Source: Ramazzottius varieornatus
Lineage: Eukaryota > Animalia > Tardigrada
Length of the DNA: 64,000 bases
NCBI GenBank assembly: GCA_001949185.1
Contig: BDGG01000017.1
Span: 372,001-436,000, forward strand
Direction of reading: 5' to 3'
Part shown: positions 26,256 to 38,590 of the stretch, piece after piece
Numbering within the stretch: position 1 is the stretch's first letter
How the letters are laid out: the number at the start of each line of letters is the position of its first letter
Made by a program: the position numbers and the translations under genes
The notes under the pieces: model-generated
The model's input: only the letters and a program-made list of their open reading frames with translations
Told to the model about the DNA's origin: nothing
Databases searched by the model: none

Positions 26256-27940
26256 CCAGAGTGAAACAACCAAATAACTAGTGTATTCACTGCAGTGACA
26301 GGACATTGTATGAGACCGTTGCCCGCAGTCAATCAAGGATCCTCTTGATTAAAGGATGGATTTGACCACGTGCTTCGAGAGTGCAGTCTCTGACATTGTG
26401 GTCACGTGGTCAAAGTCGGTCCTGGTCAATCAAGGGCTAACCCACGATCAACAAGTGAAAGTCCGCCCTGAGAAACAATCAATAATTAGTGTGTCTGCCT
26501 ACGCTTGATTGAGAGGACAGATTTCTCCAGTGTAGCAACGTGCCTTTCCTGCAGTGAATCCTCTCTACAATCCTCAACCGACCCTGATCTAACGGACGTG
26601 TGGTCGACGCACTAATTATGGTGTTTGTAGGTGCTTGTTCCGAACTGCAACCAACTCAGTGGGCATAATGGTTGCTTGACCAGTAGTCTCGCTGGAACTG
26701 TAAAGACATGCTGTAGTCAAACTCAGTAAGGTGCTGATGTTACGACTACCGCCAGTCTGTTACCAGTCTCTTTACCGCTACTGTAACCCGTTGGAGTTGT
26801 TAGAGTTACCGCAATAGATTCCTTTACTTTACCGTGCTGCGTTACAACCTAGTTATATTTAGCTGCCTTACTGTTTGTCGAGTTGAAACCTGTTTGGTAT
26901 CACAGTGAAGTTGATCGCAAGAGACGAGACTGATACCGTCAAAAAATATTATTCAAAGGTGTGAAGAGGATTAAACGGACGAAAAACACCTGGAAGACAT
27001 GGACCAGGAACAGCTAGACATCCCCCAGAGTGAAATGCACCATAAGGCTTAATTCACACAAGTTCAACCATGCCGGAAAGCGCCATAAAATCAACAGATA
27101 ACATTATGTGACAATTAACAAGTGCTGAGACAGTAAAAGAGTTGGAGTTAGGCTGGGAAAGAATCTCTAGACTTTGCGCATGTTGGACAAAACAAATGGA
27201 AAGGATTGAAGGAAGAAACAGGTACTAATCTGCTTTAGCTTCTGGCCCTTCTTCCTGCGAGCTATCGGTCTATCCACCGTCCAACTGTTCGGTGTCGGTG
27301 ATTTTTTTGGCAGATGGTTTCTGCATCTTGTTCTGCACCTAGGTCCACCAGTGGCTTCATCTTGGCTGCTACCACTTCCCGAACTTTCGCCGCTGCCCCC
27401 AAGTTTCCTCATGGCTTCTTTCAGCCAACGCTTTTGTCCGGCAGACGGACTGACGAACATATTCAGAGTGTCCAACTCTAGCATTCGCGCAACTCGAGTG
27501 ATTTGCCCTTTGGTTCCTGCTCTTGCAGTCAGTTTTCCAAACGCTCCCTAGCCGTTTTCATCTTGATTTCGGGCGATGGTTCTTCCACTGTTTCTTCGTC
27601 TTTCGAGCTGTCCAGTATGGTTCTTCTGGCGTAAAGACTGTGGTTCATCTGAATATAGAATGGGAACAGAGCGGGATCTTTACGGCCGACACTATCGTGT
27701 AGCTGAAACCGGTTTCAGTAAGGGACTTGATGACGTCACAGCATTGCAATATGGGTCTGTTGAGGATCTAATGTGGGAGCGTATAGCTTGTTGGTTAAAG
27801 TGGAAGCAGTAGAGGACACATAACGTAGCACCTGTAGGTGGCAGCACTGTAGCGTGGGACCATTATGGTTATGTGGGTCGCACCCAGTACGGGATCACAC
27901 GTTATCACAGTATGGACGGGACAAGCATGGGAAATTTCAG

Positions 27941-28097
27941 TACGAGGTTAAACTAGCGGACTTGTCCCTGTGAAAGCGCATGGCGAAGTTGTCCACAAGG
28001 GAAACAGAGAGTAGGAGCTGCGCCTATTTTCTGTTTCTCTTGTGGACAACTTCGCCATGCGCTTTCACAGGGACAAGTCCGCTAGTTTGACCTCGTA
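27941..28097. mobile_element. Fold-back MITE (TA-CGAGG termini, near-perfect ~75-bp stem)
   Basis: tacgaggttaaactagcggacttgtccctgtgaaagcgcatggcgaagttgtccacaag is followed by its reverse complement ending cctcgta. Confidence 0.85.
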
Positions 28098-28770
28098 TTC
28101 GTACGGGACGACATGTCAAACTAGGATGCAAGCCAAACAGCGTGGCTTTCAGTGGGGGATAAGCTCACACGCAATAGCCTCCCACATTAGAGCACAATGT
28201 ATTGGACATCCTAGGGTCGTCCGCTTCTCCATGGGCGACCTCTTTGGTACCAAATCAACACGAAAACCACGCACTAATATCATTCAAGGGAGACGTGACA
28301 TTGAGGAATTTTTCCTCTGCGGAAAGTGTGCTGATTAACAGACGGTTAAGGCGGTGACTGGCCGTAGCAATTTTGCCCAACTGTGTTCGTGCACACAAAA
28401 ACGAAGACACGAGCACTTTCTCCGTGCGAACATCAAGACAGTCAAGACTCCAAGACTGTTAACTGTCGTTGGATGCCCACTTCGAAGCACGCCCTCACCA
28501 TCACTACTGTACAGTAATACTTCATGAAATTCGCGCCTCACGTCATCATACGCGTACAGTTGAAGCCCGGTCCGAAAATTTTGCCCTACAAACCCCCTAA
28601 GGGATGTTTCGGGCGTATGATGAGGTGCTTCGCGAAGTTCATGAAGCGGCCTTTCTTATAATAGAATGCTTTGACCAAGAGCAGTAAGTCGATTATTGAT
28701 GTGAAAGTGATCCGCAGCATGTGACTGCCTGCGATTGATTGAGTTGACGTTGCTAGATGAGCAGTAATCT

Positions 28771-30760
28771 CTAGACAGCGTGTAGCAGAGCAAGGACAGC
28801 CAAAGAGCTGGAAGCTAGCAGATAAATGGGGTGAGGCGCGCTCTCCGTCGCTGCCGATGCAACGTCGAAGGCGTCGGCCGAAAGGTTAGCGCTACTACCA
28901 GTGTCATTGTCGGTAACCAATTCCATCATGGTGATAAGAGGCATCGTCTGTTGGGCGGTATTAGTAATGGTTGTAGTGGTTGTGGTGGCGGTCTTGGTGC
29001 TCGTGCTGGTAATGGCGGTACTGGTCGCGAGCGGGGGACGGGTATAAACCCCCTGACCGAACAACTGAGTGGTGTGATCGTCAAAGTGATACATCAGGGC
29101 GTTCAGTGACCATTCGTTGCACCAGTGGAAATCACAGACGCAATCCTTCAAAAGGGGGAAAGAAAACCTGGTTAGGCCATCCAGCCAGCGCCACATCATG
29201 CAGTACCTATATAGCAAGTAGCAAAAAGTATGAGCCTTTAACGTCTTAGCACTAACCTGGATTCGTGCTCCCTGTTCGTTGACCTTGCGGGAGCATGCGT
29301 TCTCGAAGAAGAGCCACCACCCAATGTGCAGTATAGCCGGCTCTCACTGGAAATAGCTATTCGGGCCCCAGAAGCGCTTACGCATCATTTTGATATGCAG
29401 GCAGCCTCGTTTCAGCTCGTCTACAAGACGAAAGAGGGTAATGGACACCAACAGAGCAGCCCGCGCCTATCTGGAGGCTTTTCACTTCAGCTTCATTTCA
29501 CCATAACTTCGCACAAGTTAACGTTTAGTGGCTGGTTCCACCCGACACTCGTGGCTAATTTCTCATAGTTCAGATTTCGTAGGAGTGCCAAAAGTCAAGT
29601 GGCTCAACATTAGATCCATGTTTACATGCTGAGTTCGCCTACAAGCTGGGAAAGCCGCTGTGGTCGTGTAGTAGTGTCTCACTGTTCTGATGCTTTAACT
29701 GTGATGATCATTGGGCATTTTCGGCCATGGACTGATACTAGCGGACATTGATGACATCGAGCGGGGGATTGAGCGATAGGGTAAGTCAACTTACACAAGT
29801 CATCGTAGAGGTGGGTCAGCTCAATACCGCACCGCTGTCCGGTAGTCGTTTCCGGATCGGAACTGTACTGGCACGTCTCGCGGGCATCTGGTAAGGCCAT
29901 CAAGTCCGGCGCATCTTCTCTGGTCCGAAACTGATACCGTACATGGGCGTCCCACCGCTCAAAGCGCCCGCTTGGCGAAAGTACGTTGAGCATTTGAAGC
30001 ACAGCTCGTTTTCGACTGCAGCAAGCACATAGAATAACCAGAAGTTAGACTTAGCTAAAAGAGTGGCAGTGAGTACATAGCAGCACTGTACTTGATTTAG
30101 CTTCCGAGTTGATGCGGATGATGGAGGTGTCATTGTCATAGTCTTCGTTACTGTACATGGCCGGCATCAGGGCGCTCTCCAGGTTGTAACAGCGCCGTTT
30201 CAGACTGGCATAGGTCCAATCGTTGCAATCATTTGTTTCACAGTAGCAGCCGATAAAGAGGGACTTGCCATCGGGAGTGGGTAAGCGCGGGCTGCAGTTC
30301 TCGCTGGCGCCGCCGGCTATCGAGTCCCCTTTGCCCCACCTGCCGCAACGCTGTACTATCTGAACTACAAAGAGGAGAGACGTCAGTTTGACATGGGCCA
30401 AGGCTGCTGCTGGTCACAGCCACTTACAGCGCCATCCCTCTTCCGGTCGCCTTGCGTAGACATCCGTCGCTCCTAGCCGCGTGACAAAGGCGCTACAAAC
30501 TTCCCCTGGTCACACATCGACATGTTTCGGTAGCTGTGGTGCAACAGTGTTCGGTTAGTGGCAATGCAAAACTTTGAATCAGCAGCTGCCTTGCTAGTAT
30601 CGACCTGGTTGTCGTCGTCCACCACCGTCGAGCAGACGTAGCATTGGTGAGGTCTGTACTGAATGTCCGACACCGTATAAGGTCCGGCCGATGACTGGGA
30701 TATGCAGACAGCGCATAGTACAACTAGAGACAAGATCAGCGACGGCGTCAGCATTGCCAT
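28771..30760 (-). pseudogene. Disrupted tandem paralog of the two-domain Ly6-like gene
   Basis: Same exon layout and motifs (CYVC, CYCETNDCNDWTYASLK, CFKC, CVCDFHWCNEW). Lesions: 1-nt deletion near 30498, frameshifting deletion near 29930, TGG>TGA at 29344-29346, further indel near 29275. Confidence 0.8.
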
Positions 30761-32379
30761 CTGACGGCGCTACTATTACATAAAACTTCAGAAATACGGC
30801 AGTCCGTGCGGGAAGAAGGCAGTGGAATGTGTCAAGTACAGCCTGCAATGTGCCAGGATGATTCTCAAAGTATTTGTCACTACGTAACGAAGGGTCACGG
30901 AGAAGATCATAGACGATTAGTCGATTAGCCGATGCAGCGTCCCACTACAGAGGCTGCTGTGCACCCTATGACTGGCTGCAAACACTGGCAGGGCCACCAT
31001 GAATTCATCTGGTTAGCCAGTAGACAAGTAAACTTCAGCTCTGGGGCGGAGTGGTGCCCACTACATAACTCCATAACTCTTCTGTCTCTTCAAGGCTTTT
31101 TTCTGCTGATCATCCGTCTGCTGAAATTTCCCCTGTTAACACCCTGAATACCAAGCTTTTTGTTGTCGGCAGATTCCAGCGTACTCACAGTGAGCATAGG
31201 ACTTTAACTGGAGGAAATTGAAAAGCGTAACCCAAATTAACCAATAGACAACTTTCAAAATTTCGAAATTGTAGAGATTGGCAGGCCGTAAAGGCCAATG
31301 TGGGAAAAGTAGCCCTAGCCGTTTTGATTTTTTTCTGGACGCACCGATGACACCAAGTTTGTCCCAAGCCTATTATCGGTAGAGGAAGCTCTCTTTAGTG
31401 TTTTTTCCAGCCTGCGGAAGTTGTACTGACCAGTGGTCATCAGCTGCGTTTCGGTGACAAGACCGCAGACCAGGCAAAGAAAAAAAGTTTGATTCAGACC
31501 GGGCAAAATGGAAATTATGGGGAGCGAGAAAGTGCCGTATTGTACTCACAATGAGCACGGTGGTAATCAGGGTGTTAAGTTGGGTGGTATACAGCGGCTT
31601 TTTCCGTGTGGTGAGAAATTGATTTAAAGAATTATATCCCCCGATTCTTCCTAAGAGGGTTGGAGGTAAATATAGTATGCTATTATAATGGCATCTTGTT
31701 TGCAAAGGCTGCTGGATCCACATGTGAGAACTTGAAGGATCCCTACTAGCTACCTAACGATGTATGGGATATCTGGAAAGGAGGGAGGGGGGAGGGGAGA
31801 GAGACTACTTCGACAACTGAGAAATGAGCTGGCCCAGATCATACGCCGACGTGTGGCGCACCGTCTCACCAGTACCAAAGAGAAGATGCGCCACTTGGGA
31901 TGGCTATTTGGCTAGAATGGTTAGCCTGCGTCTTACTTATCCATAGTGAGATTACCGAATGAGACACTTGGGCAAGGTGACATCTTACGGAATCACCATC
32001 TTTATTTTCACAGAGAAGAAGAATGGGATCGAGCAAAAGGGAAGCCAAGCAATTTAAATACAGCGGCGAAAGCGACAACGAGCTCATTACAGCCAGCTCA
32101 CAGACCGTATGCTTGCAGCACTCACAAGACCGTAGCCTGCAGGTTACTTGAAACTTGTTGACAGAGAAGTAATGGAAAAAGAAAACGAAAAGAAAAGGTT
32201 TCATATTGATCAGTCAGAGTAGCCGTCAAAACAACTGTTCATCCATCATCATCATTTAGCCACCACAGGGAAATGTTTCTCTTCTTCATTTCATGATTTC
32301 TGGTCTGTTCCACGTTATCGACGATCAAAGTTCACAAGAGGAAAAGGAGTTATTTTAACATTTTTCAAGGGTCTCTCTC

Positions 32380-35300
32380 TTAAGGGTGCGGCAAGTTGTG
32401 GGCGTGTGGTGCTGCAGCGGGCTGGTTGGTGACGACGATGCGCTCGTCGCGCTGGACCGTCACGTGCTCGCCGGTGGGGTGTCCAGCGCCATGGCCTCCT
32501 CCTTGCTGGCTCAAGTGCACGTTAACTTCGCTGTGCTGCACCTGTTGTCCACCGTGTCCTTGTCCATGCTGTCCGCCATGCTGCTGATGGGCCTGCACCG
32601 AGTGAAGGTGACCCTGAGCCTGGTTCAGACCATGCTGAACGTTGGCGTGGGCACTGTCCGCTGCCTCCCGTCCGGCATCTACAACCACAAACAACAATGC
32701 CAGATGAGTATACGCTGAACATACTACAACAGCATCTCCAGAGATACCATCAGCTCGGCCCAACAAAAGACCGCTCTTGTCAACCCGCTCCAAAACCTTT
32801 CAGAACACCATACTTTCACAACGTGTAAAGCAATGATCAAAGCATGGCTCTGACTGATGCTTTTCCATCGAGACATGTGTTTCAATCTTGCATGTCTGAA
32901 GGTCTCACTTCTGACTTCTACAGTGCAGGCGAAAATTAACCGTCGATAACGGGCGTAACGCTCGAGCTGGGTCTAACCAATGACCGCTACAGCTTGGTAC
33001 ATGAGGATTTCATTGGCTTCATCCATCTGGCTCCATCCAACACCCATTTTCGACGGTTAATTTTCGCGTGCACTGTAGAATTCAGAAGTGAGACCTTCAG
33101 ACATGCAAGATTGAGGACTTACTTATAGCTCCCTGTGCCACCTCTTTCGACTTGCGATCAGCGGCGTCCTTGACTTGTTCCACCTTCTGGCCTGCGACGT
33201 GTGCGGCGTGCTGGGCCTGATCCGCCACGGCGTCTTTAGCCTCACCAATCTTCTGGCCAGCCACATGCGCCGCATGCTGGGCCTCGTGCTTGACTTCTTG
33301 GGCCTTGTCGGCCACGGCATCCTTGGCTTGATCCATCTTCTGTCCGGCCACCTGCGCAGCCTGCTCTACCTGCAAAGAGATGGTAACTCCTGTCAGAACC
33401 ACCCTGTTCCAACTCCCCCAACAGACTAGACTTTGACCAGTTTAACCCAACATGTCAACACATGTCTGAGTTCCCAAAACCGAAAACAAACATGTATTCG
33501 TCACACTATACGTACATGCAAACGCATGTTTAATCACAACTTTCCAGCCTGCGTTCGATGGAACTGACCTTCTGTCCAGCAGCGTTGGCTGCGTCTTTGA
33601 CATCTTCCTTGGCGCTTTCGGTGGCTTGTATGGCCGTCTGCTTGGCATGTTCAAAGGCGTCTTGGGCAGCATGTGCAGCGTTGACGGCGGTATCGGCCAC
33701 AACGTGGGCAGCACTAGCCGCCGTGTCAGCCACGACGTGTCCCACCGCTGCGGCCTTATCCGCCACAACGTGGGCAGCGCTGACGGTGGTATCCGCTACC
33801 ACGTGTCCCACCACCGCCGCCTTATCCGCCACGATATGGGCAGCATTGGCAGCGGTCTCGGCCACGACATGACCAGCATTGACGGCTACATCGTGGGCTA
33901 CGTGAGCCGCTTGTGCGGCATAGTCGACGGCCACGTCCTTGGCGGCCACGGCAGCTCCAGCAACGGTCAGCGCGGCGTTGGCGGCCATATCACCGGCCAC
34001 ATGCGCTGCGTGCACCACGTTGTCCTTGGCGGCCACTGCGGCCCCAACTGCCATATCCTTGGCTGCTACAGCACTAGAAAGATAGACAATAAACATCAAA
34101 AAACCATCAAAATCATCTTGAGGACGATTCACAAAGGAAAACCAGAGCCCTCACAGACTTGCACACTCATCCCAACTACTCCTACTAAAATGCGCAAGTA
34201 TGCAGGTGCATGCGAGATGTATCCGATCCACAGCACCCACTTCGCGCACCTACATGCGCAGGTATGCAGGCGGGTGAAATGATGGCTGGCTTTTGGGTTG
34301 TTTAAGCAAAAATTTCCCAGAAAATTCAAACGAGTATATTATCCAATTACTGTTATCGAGCGTTTTGGTTGAAGAGTCTTTACCTGTCGTGTACGACGCC
34401 AGCGACGTATCCGGCAGCTCCGACGGTGGCAGTTCCGACTTCGGCCGCCTTGTCAGCTGTGGCATCCGCTGCGGCGGAGAGGTTCTGCTTGGCAGCGTGC
34501 GCGGCATCAGTAGCTCCTTCCTTCACCTGCTCCGTCGTCTGTTGGACCGTCACTTTGGCATCGTGTGCGACATCTGCGGCCTTGTCCCTCAGGTCCGAGG
34601 CAGCCTGCTGGCCTTTCTGTTTGCCCTCCTCAAAGGCCTTGCTGGCTGCATCAGCAGTCTCCGACACCTGAAACCAAACATTCACATTCAACACCACGCT
34701 CCATTCGCCTCCACGAAATCTCTCAAGCATGCCCAATCTTCCATTTAACTCGACTAGAAATAACCATCAAAGTAAACTTGAGAAGAAAATCACGTAATCA
34801 CGTTGGCAAGAGTAGGCTCAAATTTAATGGCCACACTCACGGCCGTGCCCAGCTTCCTACTCAGGTCTGTGCCCACAGGAAGTCAAGAACAAGGCCGTGA
34901 CAGAGAAGCTGTTACTCAACAGTTGATTGACTTTATTACCTTCTGTGCTGCAGCATCTTTGACTTCAGCAGCTTTGTTGGCCGCGGCGTGGGCAGCATCT
35001 TTGACGTTCTCCGAAGCGTTATGGGCAGCTTGTTTGACGTCTTGGGCCTTGTCTTGGACTTTGTCGGCCACCTCGCTGGCTTTCTGGCCGGCCACGTTGG
35101 CAGCATGCTGTACGGAATCTTTGGCATCGTCAACCTACAAACCAACACAAACAACATGATTATCATGCCTGCACTGTGAACAACATGTCACCTCTGTGCA
35201 AATGTGGGCTTAATGGGTAGCTGTGTGCCACAGACAAGTTTGCGCGACAAACAGATGCGTGTTTGTGAATCTACATGGCCAACATGAACTATCAGTCTTG

Positions 35301-36395
35301 ATGGCATGCCTAGTTTAGTCGCTCCCTCAGGCTGATGCCGTCATTCAACTTTATCATAATACACGCTCGATGCGTAACCTCCAACGAATGTTTCATGGTA
35401 ATCTTCTATCTGACCTCGTTTTGAACATACCAAGCCAGAAATATCGAGAAAGTTCGACTTCCTTCTGTGACCGCCACCAGCACGTAGCCATTGGTCACAC
35501 CGTTACCGCCACCATGTTTAATATTGATTGGTTTGACAGACGGCCATATGAACCATCGCCGAAAGTACAGTGGCCATAAGCAACAGTCAAAATCAAACAC
35601 GGCACCCGTGCACCGCAGAAAATGGTAAGCATGTGACGTAAGCTGGACAGCGCCGTCAACAGAAACGCTTACATCACCGCTTGTTCTCCCCGCAGAAGTT
35701 CTGATCAAAGTGATCTCCTCCACCGTTCAACCCCATTCCTACCACGAAAATCACAGGAGACCTTGTCTTACCTTTTCGGCGACTTTCTGGCCAACTTGGT
35801 GGGCAGTGTGTTCGGCACTCTGCTTGAGATCATGGGCACCTTGCTTGATATCCTGTCCCACTTGATGCGCTTGTTGCTTGACGCCTTCCACCGTTTGTCT
35901 TCCAGCATCGGCTGCTTGATCAAGCTTCCTGGCTGCTGCGTCGCCTACTTCGTTGGCCTTGATGGAAGCAGCTTGGGCCGCGTGGTGAGCTGCGGTACTG
36001 GCTTCACCCTGTAACAGCCAAAAATATTTAGCAAACCACAGATCTCAGTTCGGAATCAATCAAGGGAGCACTCGAGTAGTTAGTGGAACCATAAATCTGG
36101 CAGGGCATAAGGTTGCTCCGTCCATGTGGTGTAGCAGCAATTTCACGCCCTTACGGCTCTCCAAATAGCTGGTAATTTGGGAATTTACCTTGGCTTGATC
36201 CCATTTCTGCTCGGCATGAGCTCCGCCGACGTGTCCTCCACTGCCGACGTGTCCTCCTTGAACATGAGCCCCGGCTACGTGTCCTGCTTGACCGTGTGCC
36301 CCAGGCTGACTGAGATGAATTTCGGTGTGGCTAACTTGTGTACGTTGTTGGAAACCCTGGTCTCCATGAGGATGCTGTTGGTTGTGATCGGCCAT
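32380..36395 (-). CDS. Large LEA group-3-like 11-mer repeat protein, 657 aa, 7 exons
   Basis: Exons 36395-36189, 36008-35772, 35134-34940, 34667-34384, 34073-33569, 33369-33123, 32678-32380 give an open 1974-nt CDS with all GT-AG junctions. A/K/D/Q/H-rich amphipathic repeats (AKDAVADKAQE). No Cys and no signal peptide. Confidence 0.88.
32919..33077. mobile_element. MITE family A, copy 3 (in LEA intron 6)
   Basis: tacagtgcaggcgaaaattaaccgt...acggttaattttcgcgtgcactgta. Confidence 0.8.
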
Positions 36396-37727
36396 CTTGT
36401 CGTGAGAGGGCGAAAGATTTGCTGCAAAAACGAGTAAAAGGAACGAATCAAGGCCTCAAGACAGGGCTTATGTAACGCGTGCGCTTGGCAATATGGGACT
36501 TCCGTCGAACTGGCTTGGTAAACACTTTCCACTCGTAGGAATTTCCTTCTCGACTGACAGCGCGGGGGGAGGGATGGTTCCGTTAGCTCAACTCAATGTC
36601 GCGATAAAATGGTTGTGAAAGAGAGAGGAGTTGCTCCAACGTGGCGTATTTTTAGCTGACTGTGATGGCGCGCTTATAAGGAATCCGGCCTCGCTATGCA
36701 AGATCGAACATGTGCACTTGTGGTGAAGCTGACGACAACCAATGTTTACGATATTTCACCAATGAGATTGTCAAGTGCAGGTCCCAAAGGCGGGACCAGT
36801 CGTTGTGCACCATCCATCTACAGCGCAGTGCGCCGAAGTACTTGATGCTTTCCCTCTTGATTGTTTTGAAACCTTTGGTAGCGAATTGCTGTGTGGCAGC
36901 CTCCTGGCTGTCCAGACCAGTCAAAATAAGTTCGACACGGATGGCCCAACAGGTGATGGTTTTTGCCGTCATATGTGGAGCGCTGCATCATTCCGACGTG
37001 TCTTCATCACGCTGGAACTGGGCAGTGGCTATCATCATTCAGCCTCATAGGAAACTTCCGATGTTTCGATCGACCAATATCTCGAAGGAAGAGGTCACCG
37101 AATATTCTCATCTGCTTATCGTTTCTATTTGGGCGAGCCGTGGGAACCGGCAGCGCAGTGGGGTGCTCGCCTTGGCAAACAAAAGGACCTTTGACAGTTC
37201 ACGATCCACAAATAAATGTTCCAAATGTGGCGAGTCTTGTCGACGAGGCTAAGTTTTAACGAGTACGGCCTGTCGTAAACACTGGTGGTTTCAAATTGCG
37301 CGGCGTAACATGCTTATCGGCTTTTCCGCCTGGTCGACGATCGTTCCTGACAATCGAGAGCCCAGACAGTCCCACCTCAACTTTAGACTTTGTAAAGCCT
37401 GGCGTCACTTAATCTTGTTCCTGGGTTCGTTCCACGCTTCCAGTAAAAGGGATCAATAGAAAGCTCGAATTACATAACCGTGTCGTGTGATCTTTCTCAA
37501 CTTGTGCTGACGTTGTCAAACTTGAGTCATTGCAGTCGTTTACAGTCAAGAAACTCGTGCTGCGAGCCCATCGTCACGGGATGCCCCGAGCCATGTTTAT
37601 GACTGTCAAGGGGTACAACTCTCTCAACACAAAGGACCGGAAACTTCTCACATTAGCATAAAACGAGTAAAGAAACAGAACGATCAAGTTTTCGAAAGGA
37701 TGCAACGCAGTATTACTTTCTAGATAA

Positions 37728-38538
37728 TTATGCCTTGGCGCCACTAGTTTGCTGCCTTTTCAACACTTTAACCTTCCGTTTTTCAACGTCGGGAATTCCT
37801 TCTCGGAAACCATTCCTGTAACCAGAAACTGAAATTAGTAAGCGCAGGCGCAACAGACATGATGCCACAACGCACTTCCGATTGCTCGACCACGACGACC
37901 AAGAAATGTGCGCTACTGTAAACCCCACACTCGCAATTACCAAACTATAACGTCACGATGCAAGGGTGATAACCTCTTAATGCCCGTGACGTTATAACTA
38001 CTGTTTCACACCGTCTTGCACCACAAACGCAGGAAACCATTCAAATCGATCAACTCGACTTTCATCGCATCAGAATCTAAGAAAAACGACTCTTCTCCTC
38101 GAAGCTGCTTGATCTTTGGTGCATCTTTCCCTAGTTTCTCGCCTGGCCCGGAGCACATGAACTGGAGAAGGCCAGGGAACTTACTTGAAACGAGCGTAGA
38201 CGGTTTTAAGATGGGCTATCCTGCCAGTTCCGGTCGTCCGTCGTCTCTTGGCTTTCACCGACCAGTTATCTACAACGACCCAACACACTCTGGATGTTGC
38301 TCCCTTTGGGGTTTACGGCAAGTTACTATGCACTTACATGAGCGGGTTCTGACGTTGGGATAACCACAGGAGGCGCAAAGGTGTTTCTGGATGTGATAGC
38401 TGGACTTTCCACACCTGCGGCACAGCGTGTGCGTCTTATTGTGCCGTTTACCAAAACTGGACGTTCCTTTCGTCTGCAAGCACACAAGCTCAGGTTATTA
38501 CAGCTCTTTCCCTGCGAAGCACGATCCCAACTCACCAT
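37728..38538 (-). CDS. RPL37: 60S ribosomal protein L37, 4 exons
   Basis: ATG|[39 protein letters not shown]...[17 protein letters not shown]...FK|NGFREG. Confidence 0.97.
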
Positions 38539-38573
38539 TTTGCCAACGGGGAAGGTGCCAGTCTTGGATTAAT

Positions 38574-38590
38574 CTGGAAGAAAGGAAGGC
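38574..38590 (-). promoter_or_regulatory. Polypyrimidine TCT/5'TOP-type start region of RPL37
   Basis: CCTTCCTTTCTTCC lies ~40-50 nt upstream of the ATG. TGACGTCA (38675) and CTTCCGG (~38720) lie further upstream. Confidence 0.6.

Noticed and set aside
32386-36437. Long + strand ORFs overlapping the LEA exons
   Set aside because: Antisense shadows of Ala/Val-rich repetitive codons. Splice signals support only the - strand.
36694-37259. 180-aa + ORF and overlapping ORFs between the LEA gene and RPL37
   Set aside because: No homology recognised and no supported splice structure.
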